In this document: positions 28,506 through 35,957 of the stretch, one piece after another
Layout of the letters: the number at the start of each line of letters is the position of its first letter
Position numbering within the stretch: the stretch's first letter is position 1
Origin: an uncultured bacterium
GTDB taxonomy: Bacteria > Muiribacteriota > Ozemobacteria > Ozemobacterales > Ozemobacteraceae
DNA length: 64,000 bases
Direction of reading: 5' to 3'
Assembly: GCA_900317935.1 (NCBI GenBank)
Contig: ONIU01000005.1
Span: 1,726-65,725 of the forward strand
Translations under genes and position numbers: made by a program
Notes under the pieces: generated by a model
Database searches by the model: none
Told to the model about the DNA's origin: nothing
What the model saw: the letters and a program-made list of their open reading frames with translations, nothing else

Positions 28506-29537
28506 TTATTTTTTTATCTCTTTTAACCTTTTTTCTAACCATCTTTTAGTGCCTTCATGAAGAGGAACATTTGTGTTTTCCAATATTTTAACAACTTCAT
28601 GAATATCAGAAGGAACTGTTTCAAAAGCTTTGAAACGATTCTTCAATCTTGTGCATGCGTTTATTAATAAATCGACAAATAATTCAACAAGTTCTGGCGG
28701 AACATCTGAAGTAGAAATCATAACATTAGGTAATGCAAAAGTATTGATTTCTGGTTGATTGTCATCATAAAAACCTGCAGGAATTTTGAAATCAATATAA
28801 GTTGATACATTTTTTCTAATCAACTGAAGTTGTTCGTCTGAAAAGCTATAAAGACCGCATCGATAATATACTATAGCGTTAGAAACGGTATTATTGGGTA
28901 TACCCGCTTGTATCATTGCAAATCCTAGTTTACCGTAAGAGAGTTTATCTATAACGCTGTCTGTTTGAATATTGGGATTTGTCTTCAATTTTATGTTTAA
29001 GGCAGAGAGTATTTCTTTTGATGTTCTTTCTGTAGAAGAATTCTTTTGCCCTAGGAAAGCAACATTTGAACCTGGGAAAACATAGTCTTTCATTACTTCC
29101 TTAGGTGGTTTTACTATTTGAACAATATCATACCATAATGGCCAGACAACCCTGATGCTATTGTTCATGCAATAGGCTTCTTTGGCAATACGAGATTCTG
29201 CCATTCCAAATTGAATAAGCCTTTTTTGTAATAAAGTAATATTATCTATAGAGCCATTGGTTTGGTAAGCTAAAAATCCGCCTTTTTTATTTTCTATATT
29301 ATCATTAAACCAATTTGCTAATATTTGACCGGCAGGGAAATAGGTTCCTAGTTTATTACCTGTTCCTATAATATATTGCGACGAAGAATAGAGGTTAGGA
29401 GGTAATAGAATCTCTGTTTCTTCATCATCACTTAATTCGTTGAAATAAGTGATATAAATGGAAAAAGCAATAGCACCTAAGACAACAAGTACTATTATTG
29501 AGATAAGGGTTATTTTTTTAGTATTTTTAGCTTCCAT
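28506..29537 (-). CDS. Membrane-anchored TAXI-family (TRAP-type) solute-binding protein homolog
   Basis: 343 aa with an N-terminal TM anchor. IGTGNKLGTYFPAGQILA...YQTNGSIDNITLL...GMAESRIAKEAY matches the TAXI/NMT1-like signature (GTGG.GGTYYP.G ... T.GS..N ... A). Confidence 0.65.
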   Translation of the reverse strand: MEAKNTKKITLISIIVLVVLGAIAFSIYITYFNELSDDEETEILLPPNLYSSSQYIIGTGNKLGTYFPAGQILANWFNDNIENKKGGFLAYQTNGSIDNITLLQKRLIQFGMAESRIAKEAYCMNNSIRVVWPLWYDIVQIVKPPKEVMKDYVFPGSNVAFLGQKNSSTERTSKEILSALNIKLKTNPNIQTDSVIDKLSYGKLGFAMIQAGIPNNTVSNAIVYYRCGLYSFSDEQLQLIRKNVSTYIDFKIPAGFYDDNQPEINTFALPNVMISTSDVPPELVELFVDLLINACTRLKNRFKAFETVPSDIHEVVKILENTNVPLHEGTKRWLEKRLKEIKK

Positions 29538-29702
29538 AAATATAAACCTTATCTATTTTATCAGCTTTAATCTACTATTATCAACTATTTATATTCTAAA
29601 AAAGCAGTTTTTTTAGATTTTTTGATATTTGTTTTATTCCTTTGATATTTTGATATGGTTAAAATCTTTGCTAAAGATTCATTATTGTGGTAAATTGAAT
29701 TT

Positions 29703-31172
29703 ATGAATGAATGTGTATCAATATCTTATATTTTAAGTTCATATATTTCTTTGACGAGAACCTGTTGTCAGGAATGCGGCTTTTGCAGCTTCTTTAAACA
29801 GGATTCACCTCTGCTTGAACCAGAAGATTTACAGAACGAATTAAAACAGCTTTCTAAAGCAGGAGCAACAGAAGTAGTTTTTGTTGCGGGTGAAAATCCT
29901 TCTGATTTTCCACACATAATGATTCAATTGGCAAAATTTGGTTATACTTCTTTTGCTGAATATGTAAATATGGCAATAAAAGAAGCTTTGGCTTTGAATC
30001 TAATTCCTGTATTGGAAATAGGCTATCTTAATTCCTTCACCTTAGAAAGATTTTATAAGTCCGGCTGTTCTATCAGAGCTAATCTGGTTTGTTCAAATCT
30101 TTCTGAAGAAGGGCAGGCTCTGCAAAATTCCAAGAATAGAAATCCTGCAAATGGTAAAGCTTTTGTAGAAGCTCTTCACCAGAATCAGATTCCTTATACT
30201 CTCTGTTTTTCCATAGGAATTGGCGAAACAGAAACTGAAAGACTTGAATTCCTTAGAGAAATCGGAAGATTCTGTTCGTCTGACCCATTCCTTCAAGATA
30301 TAAGAATTATACCTTTCCAGCCGTCACAAGGCTGTAAGATGTTTAACAGACCTCCTTTACCATTTGATGCTGTTGCTAAAATGGTTGAAGTTGCTAGAGA
30401 AGCTTTCCCCGTTCATCATATCTCGGTTCCAGCTAACTTATTTAGCAGATTCCCTGATTTAATAGAACATGGACTTAATGACTTGGGCTCTTTGCCAGTT
30501 TTTTCTGGTGATATTTTCAATCCCTCTTTTCAAATTCCTAATGTAGAAACCATTAAGGCTAGACTTAGAGAAAAGAATTGTCATTTGTATGAAAGAGGGA
30601 CGCTTTCTACTCCAGCTGTATTGAATAGACCTGAATGCTATAATGCAGTATCCTATACCAGAGCATTGATAGAAAAGCGTAATTCTTCAATAATATCACT
30701 GATAGACAATAATCATTGCTTTGTTTGTGGAAAGAACAATCCATTTGGTTTGCATATTCCAGTAAAAACATACATTAAAGGAAATACAGTTACATTTAAC
30801 TGGGTTCCAGGGCCGAATCATCAGAGTTACGCCGGGATAGTTCATGGAGGAATTCTTGCCACGCTTCTAGACGAAGCTATGGGCTATGCTGTTATGGGTG
30901 AAGGTATTACCAGAAGAATAGTAACTTTGGAATATACCCTTAATTATAGACACCCGACCCCAGTGGGATTGCCATTAAAGGTTATTGCTACTATGGGGCC
31001 TCAGCGTCGTCAGATCATCATGGCAAGGGGCTCTATTGTTGCTCCGGATGGAACAATATTGGTCGAAGCTACCGGCAAGTTCTATGAAATTATTAAAGAT
31101 GCGCCAACATCGGTTAATGCAGAAAATATTCAGAAGGATAACAATAATGAAGATAACGAATCAGCGAACTAA
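29703..31172 (+). CDS. Radical SAM enzyme (CofG/CofH/MqnC/E-like branch) fused to PaaI-type hotdog thioesterase
   Basis: 489 aa. CQECGFC (CxxxCxxC) near the N-terminus, plus FVAGENP and GIGETETERLEFL. The C-terminal roughly 150 aa carry CFVCGKNNPFGLHI...GIVHGGILATLLDEAMGYA. Confidence 0.7.
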   Translation: MNECVSISYILSSYISLTRTCCQECGFCSFFKQDSPLLEPEDLQNELKQLSKAGATEVVFVAGENPSDFPHIMIQLAKFGYTSFAEYVNMAIKEALALNLIPVLEIGYLNSFTLERFYKSGCSIRANLVCSNLSEEGQALQNSKNRNPANGKAFVEALHQNQIPYTLCFSIGIGETETERLEFLREIGRFCSSDPFLQDIRIIPFQPSQGCKMFNRPPLPFDAVAKMVEVAREAFPVHHISVPANLFSRFPDLIEHGLNDLGSLPVFSGDIFNPSFQIPNVETIKARLREKNCHLYERGTLSTPAVLNRPECYNAVSYTRALIEKRNSSIISLIDNNHCFVCGKNNPFGLHIPVKTYIKGNTVTFNWVPGPNHQSYAGIVHGGILATLLDEAMGYAVMGEGITRRIVTLEYTLNYRHPTPVGLPLKVIATMGPQRRQIIMARGSIVAPDGTILVEATGKFYEIIKDAPTSVNAENIQKDNNNEDNESAN

Positions 31173-31392
31173 GATTGTTGCTTATACTAATTCCTTAAAA
31201 ATCGAAGGTGTAATAAATTTTGTTGAAGATAGTCGTCTAACCGACGTTCTTAATTCAAAGAATTTCAATAAAGAATTTCTGCCGATAAATGACGCTTCTG
31301 TTACATATTTAAAAACAGGTGAAGTTACGAAAGTTGCTTTTTTATCTTTAAATAAAAACAGTATTGAAGTAATATATGAAGAAGATAACTAA
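31147..31392 (+). CDS. Hypothetical small protein
   Basis: 81 aa from ATG 31147 (ORF track gives 30985, which lies inside the previous gene). Overlaps both neighbours by 26 and 17 nt. No recognised domain. Confidence 0.4.
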   Translation: MKITNQRTKIVAYTNSLKIEGVINFVEDSRLTDVLNSKNFNKEFLPINDASVTYLKTGEVTKVAFLSLNKNSIEVIYEEDN

Positions 31393-33055
31393 TAGGATAG
31401 GACAAGGAATGTTTAATAATATCATTAAAAAATCGTCATCACTTATACTGGCTGGTCTGTTTGGTTTAATGGTTTCTGCTAATGCCAACGCTGCTGAGTT
31501 TGTAATTTTCCATACAAGTGACGTTCATGGTTCTATAAATGCTCATGATGACCCAGCAGCGAAAGGTGATTTCAAACCTCTCATGGGTGGTTATGCAGTT
31601 TTGCAGAACCTTATAAATCAGACAAAAAAGAAAGCCGAATTTAAAGGCGCTCGTTTCATGTATTTTGACAGTGGTGACTTTTTCCAGGGAACTCCAATAG
31701 TTGACCGCACTAAGGGTGGGGTTATGGTTGATATGTTGAATACTCTTGGAGCAAATGGGACAACCCTTGGTAATCATGAATTTGACTATTCCTATGAAAA
31801 TCTTCAAAAGCAGATGAAAAATAAAAAGTTCCCGGTTCTTTGCTGTAATGCATTTGATAAAAGAACTGGCGAACTGCTTTCTTTTGCTACTGAATATGCT
31901 GTTTTTGCGCATGATGGTATTAAAATTGGTGTTATAGGCGTTGATACACCAGAAACAAAATGGATATCTTTTGAAAAGAATGTAGAAAATATTGAATTTA
32001 AAGATCCTGTTCCTATTGTCACTGAATTAGCAAAAAAACTTAAGAGAAATGGCTGCGATTTTATAATTATGCTTTCTCACTTAGGTCTCAATGCTGATAT
32101 TGAATTCCTTAAAAAGGCTGAAGGTGTAGATTTGATTCTGGGTGGGCATACTCATGTTGTAAAAAAAGATTTTGTTTATGCAGGTCCAAATAATACACCA
32201 ATAGTCCACAGCGGTTGTTCCTGTGAACATGCTTCTGTCGTAACATTAGACATAGATGGTGTTTCTAAGCCTAAACTTACAATTAATTCTGTTCCTTTAT
32301 ATGAAAAAGAAATTGGTGAAGACAACAAAATAAAGGATTTAAGCGAAGAATACCTTAAAGATTTAAGAGCAGAAATGACTAAGGTAATCTGTGAAAATAA
32401 AGTTAATCTTTATAGAGGTGTTGCTGGTGGTAATTCTCCTGCTGGTTTCCTTGTTGCAGATGCAATGAGAACTGTTGGAAAGGCTGACGTAGCATTCCTT
32501 AATTTTGGCGGATGCAGAAGAAGCATTTATAAAGGTAAGATTACTGTTGAAGATATTTTCCTTGTTCAGCCTTTTGAAAATGCCATCGAAATCGTTCAAA
32601 TGACTGGCGCAGAATTAAAGCATGTCTACGAATTAAGTCTTTCTGTTCCTGTTGTAAAAATAGGTCAGGATGATAAAACTGCTGCAATGGAACAGTTCAA
32701 CACTGTTATTGATGGTACAAGACTTGAAGTAGGTGCTGGTTATGGTTTCCTTATTCCTTCTGGTGTAAAGATTTATTTTGATCTTTCTAAGCCAAGTATG
32801 CATCGTATTACAAAAATGACTGATATGAGCGGCAAAGAAATAGATGATAATAAAACCTATAAAGTAGCCTTTAACGATTTCCTCGTAGATGGTGGCGATG
32901 GTTTTGCAATATTGAAGACTTTCACCAAAAAGGAAAAAACAGATATTCTTGTTAGAGATGCAGTAATTAGATATATAGAAGAACTTAAAGTTATTGAAAA
33001 AGTTCCTGAAAATCGTATTTTTAATGCTTCCTTAACAGAACAGCCTCTTGAATAA
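31376..33055 (+). CDS. Secreted bifunctional metallophosphatase/5'-nucleotidase (UshA-like)
   Basis: 559 aa with a signal peptide. Motifs FHTSDVHG, DSGDFFQGT, GNHEFD, LSHLG and GGHTH. An alternative start exists at ATG 31409. Confidence 0.9.
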   Translation: MKKITNRIGQGMFNNIIKKSSSLILAGLFGLMVSANANAAEFVIFHTSDVHGSINAHDDPAAKGDFKPLMGGYAVLQNLINQTKKKAEFKGARFMYFDSGDFFQGTPIVDRTKGGVMVDMLNTLGANGTTLGNHEFDYSYENLQKQMKNKKFPVLCCNAFDKRTGELLSFATEYAVFAHDGIKIGVIGVDTPETKWISFEKNVENIEFKDPVPIVTELAKKLKRNGCDFIIMLSHLGLNADIEFLKKAEGVDLILGGHTHVVKKDFVYAGPNNTPIVHSGCSCEHASVVTLDIDGVSKPKLTINSVPLYEKEIGEDNKIKDLSEEYLKDLRAEMTKVICENKVNLYRGVAGGNSPAGFLVADAMRTVGKADVAFLNFGGCRRSIYKGKITVEDIFLVQPFENAIEIVQMTGAELKHVYELSLSVPVVKIGQDDKTAAMEQFNTVIDGTRLEVGAGYGFLIPSGVKIYFDLSKPSMHRITKMTDMSGKEIDDNKTYKVAFNDFLVDGGDGFAILKTFTKKEKTDILVRDAVIRYIEELKVIEKVPENRIFNASLTEQPLE

Positions 33056-33672
33056 TGTCTAACAAAGCTTGGTTTCAAAATAGACTGAATGATCATTATC
33101 TGTTAAAATCCAGAGCGGACGCTTATAGGTCTCGTGCAGCCTATAAACTTGAAGAATTAGACCAGAAGTATAAGCTTATCAAACCTGGTGCTAAAATACT
33201 TGATTTAGGTGCTGCTCCAGGTAGCTGGTCTCAGTATGCTTTGAGAAAAACTGGCGGTAAAGCTAAAATTATCGCTATTGATTTGCTTGATATTGAACCA
33301 ATAGAAAATGTTATTATTATAAAAGGCGATATTAGAGACCCTGAAAATCAGGCTAAGATTTTGGAACTAGCCCCAAAAGGTCTTGATTTCATTATGAGCG
33401 ATATGGCTCCAGATACTACTGGAGTTCATTTTGCTGATACAGAAAACTCTGTTATGCTTGTTAATCTTGCTTTGGATATTGCAGAAAAACTTCTTAAGCC
33501 AAAAGGTAATTTTGTAGCTAAAGTATTTGAAGGCGCAGAATATAATTCTTTGTTAAAGCGAACTAGAAGTATGTTTGATTTCGCTAAGTCCTGTAATCCA
33601 AAAGCCTCTCTAAATAGAAGCCGTGAACTCTTTATGGTTGCTCAGGGCTTTAAAGGGGCACCCAAAGCCTAA
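33055..33672 (+). CDS. rlmE: 23S rRNA 2'-O-ribose (U2552) methyltransferase RlmE/FtsJ
   Basis: 205 aa with a TAATG overlap. Motifs SRAAYKLEELDQKY and ILDLGAAPGSWSQY. Confidence 0.9.
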   Translation: MSNKAWFQNRLNDHYLLKSRADAYRSRAAYKLEELDQKYKLIKPGAKILDLGAAPGSWSQYALRKTGGKAKIIAIDLLDIEPIENVIIIKGDIRDPENQAKILELAPKGLDFIMSDMAPDTTGVHFADTENSVMLVNLALDIAEKLLKPKGNFVAKVFEGAEYNSLLKRTRSMFDFAKSCNPKASLNRSRELFMVAQGFKGAPKA

Positions 33673-33699
33673 TCTTTTGTTATTATCCCTCTTTTGAAT

Positions 33700-34281
33700 A
33701 TGAAATTATTATTAGAACTATTTTTATGTTTTTTCAAAATAGGGTTATTCACTTTTGGCGGTGGTTATGCCATGATTGCTCTTATAGAAAATGCCTGTGT
33801 TGAAGCAAAAAAATGGATAACCCATGATGAAATGATGAATATAACTGTTATTGCAGAATCAACACCTGGGCCAATAGCTATAAACTGTGCAACCTTTGTC
33901 GGTTATAAACAAAAAGGTTTCTGGGGAGCAGTTGCTGCTACTTTGGGGGTTGTACTGCCTTCATTTATAATAATTTATCTAATAGCTTTATATTTTAATA
34001 AATTCATTGAGATATCATTGATATCACATGCTTTTCAAGGCATAAAAATAGCTGTTGGCATCTTAATTCTTGATGCCGGAATTAATATGTTTAAAAAGAT
34101 GAAGAATAAAAGCTTATTCTCATACACAATACTGCTGATAAATTTTATATTGATGCTTTGCATCAATTATTTCAGTTTAAATTTATCGACAGTTGTAATT
34201 ATGCTGGTTTCCGGATTATTAAGTTTGTCTTTGTTCATTTGTAAAGACCATTTTGCGAAAAGGGAAGGGGAATCAAAATGA
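33700..34281 (+). CDS. Chromate transporter (CHR family), first half-size subunit
   Basis: FGGGYAMIALIE and AESTPGPIAIN motifs. ATG 33700 preferred over TTG 33694. Confidence 0.85.
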   Translation: MKLLLELFLCFFKIGLFTFGGGYAMIALIENACVEAKKWITHDEMMNITVIAESTPGPIAINCATFVGYKQKGFWGAVAATLGVVLPSFIIIYLIALYFNKFIEISLISHAFQGIKIAVGILILDAGINMFKKMKNKSLFSYTILLINFILMLCINYFSLNLSTVVIMLVSGLLSLSLFICKDHFAKREGESK

Positions 34282-34841
34282 TTCTGCTGAATCTATTTCT
34301 TGGATTTCTCTATGTGGGCTGTTTTTCCTTTGGTGGAGCCTATGCTGCAATTCCTTTAATAAGAGATGTTGTTTTGCAAAATGGCTGGATAAATGACGAT
34401 AAACTTTCCTATATGATTGCAATCAGCGAAAGCACGCCTGGTCCAATTATGGTCAATTTGGCCACTTATATAGGAACAGATCAGGCTGGAGTTTTAGGCG
34501 CATTAACAGCTACTTTTGCTGTTATTTTGCCAGCTTTTTTAATAATAATTGCTATAATGGTTTTGCTGAAAAATTCATTTGAAAACAAATATATTCAAGC
34601 TATGTTAGGCGGAATGAAACCTTCTATTTCTGGTATAATCATGGGAATCGGTCTTTATATGATTTTCCAGAATTGTAATGTTCTTAAAAGTGTTAATGAT
34701 TTGAATATACGTTCCCTTATAATAACTCTCTTACTTATTGCTATTTATTATGGTTCAAGAAAATTATTCCAAAAAGGCCTTACACCTATTAAGCTTATAA
34801 TTATTTCTGCTATTACTGGAATTATCGCATATTCAATTTGA
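34278..34841 (+). CDS. Chromate transporter (CHR family), second half-size subunit
   Basis: ATGA overlap with the upstream gene. FGGAYAAIPLI and SESTPGPIMVN motifs. Confidence 0.85.
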   Translation: MILLNLFLGFLYVGCFSFGGAYAAIPLIRDVVLQNGWINDDKLSYMIAISESTPGPIMVNLATYIGTDQAGVLGALTATFAVILPAFLIIIAIMVLLKNSFENKYIQAMLGGMKPSISGIIMGIGLYMIFQNCNVLKSVNDLNIRSLIITLLLIAIYYGSRKLFQKGLTPIKLIIISAITGIIAYSI

Positions 34842-34866
34842 TTCGTATATTTAAGACAATAAAAAA

Positions 34867-34895
34867 ACGAGTTTATAAGCATAAACTCGTTTTTT
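34867..34895. terminator. Bidirectional rho-independent terminator
   Basis: ACGAGTTTAT-AAGC-ATAAACTCGT perfect 10-bp stem flanked by A7 and T5. Confidence 0.8.
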
Positions 34896-34915
34896 GTTTT
34901 AGTCTTTACTGATTA

Positions 34916-35518
34916 TTAATCGTAATCAGGGTCATGATCATGCATATGCTGTACTTCATGTGATTTGGGTTTTCTAACCATAACATATACATTATGAGGT
35001 GATGTAATATACCACAGACCATCAGGTTTCTTTTCCGCCATTACATAGCGGATAGAATCTGCTCCAGAACTGATTAAATCAACATAATAATAGTTATCTC
35101 TGCTTTTTCGTATTTTTTCAATATTTAGTTCAAAATTTTCAGGGTCCATCTGGTAGCTATTTTCTACAGAGGTACCAGCTGCAAATGATCTGAATATATA
35201 ATAATAATCAGGGTCATTTAATCTTTCTCTGAATGTGCTGTAATAAATAGAAGTTTCTATGGGAACATCAGAGTAGACTGCATATCTTATCATTTTGCCA
35301 GCATCTTTTTTTAGCTGAGCGTTTTTTGTCTGAACTGCTTTTGTCCAACAGAAAATGCCTTTAAACAGCATTTTTGCAGCACCTTGAGGAGTTGTTGCCA
35401 CGGTTTGATATTCCTGTTTGAATTCAGCCCAGGTTGCAGGAAGTTTTGCTTCAACTACAGAACAGGTAAGAATGGAAAAAACTAATGTTGCTAATAAAGC
35501 TTTTACTGTATTTTTCAT
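34916..35518 (-). CDS. Hypothetical secreted protein
   Basis: 200 aa with signal peptide (LLATLVFSILTCSVVEA) and a His/Asp-rich C-terminus. No recognised domain. Confidence 0.6.
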   Translation of the reverse strand: MKNTVKALLATLVFSILTCSVVEAKLPATWAEFKQEYQTVATTPQGAAKMLFKGIFCWTKAVQTKNAQLKKDAGKMIRYAVYSDVPIETSIYYSTFRERLNDPDYYYIFRSFAAGTSVENSYQMDPENFELNIEKIRKSRDNYYYVDLISSGADSIRYVMAEKKPDGLWYITSPHNVYVMVRKPKSHEVQHMHDHDPDYD

Positions 35519-35603
35519 TATAACCTCCAGATTTTTGTTTATTATACAATATTTGAGAGATATCGCAAGGTTTTTGTTTAATGTTTTAGATGTATGATAT
35601 AAG

Positions 35604-35837
35604 AGTTGGAAGTGTTGGAAGGGTTAGAAGTGTTGGAAGGGTTGGAAGTGTTGGAATGGTTAGATGTCTTAGAAGTGTTGGAAGTGTTGGAAGAGTTAGA
35701 AGAGTTGGAAGGGTTGGAAGTGTTGGAAGGGTTGGAAGAGTTGGAAGTGTTGGAAGGGTTGGAAGTGTTGGAAGGGTTAGAAGTGTTGGAATGGTTAGAA
35801 GTGTTGGAAGGGTTGGAAGGGTAGGAAGGGTTAGAAA
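35604..35837. repeat. 26-unit 9-bp tandem repeat (consensus NGTTGGAAG)
   Basis: Counted unit by unit from 35604. Variants are GTTAGAAG, GTTGGAAT and GTAGGAAG. Flanked by ATAAG on the left and GTAACGCTTTGCTGTG on the right, the same flanks that bracket the 4-5 unit tract inside M2 modules. Confidence 0.9.
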
Positions 35838-35865
35838 TGTAACGCTTTGCTGTGTCTTCTAAAGC

Positions 35866-35883
35866 CCCTCCTTGAGGAGGGGA
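35866..35883. repeat. GC-rich hairpin CCCCTCC-TTGA-GGAGGGG
   Basis: 7-bp perfect stem immediately after the 9-mer tract, 75 nt downstream of the stop of the helicase gene on the opposite strand. Confidence 0.6.
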
Positions 35884-35957
35884 ATAAAAGGGGTGGTGAC
35901 CTAACCATAGTAAACTATAGTTCTTTGAGTAGTTGTTGTAGTTGGTAGTTATTGTAA

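Noticed and set aside
30985-31146. The long version (135 aa) of the small ORF upstream of the 5'-nucleotidase gene.
   Set aside because: The first 54 codons lie in an alternative frame inside the radical SAM/thioesterase gene and encode an implausible peptide. Only the part from ATG 31147 is plausible.
35590-35862. ORFs of 90 aa (VGSVGRVRS...) and 72 aa (LEVLEGLEVLE...) in two frames of the same strand.
   Set aside because: Both are by-products of the 26-unit 9-bp tandem repeat, which keeps every frame open. There is no RBS, the peptides are pure low complexity, and the tract is homologous to non-coding tracts inside the M2 modules.
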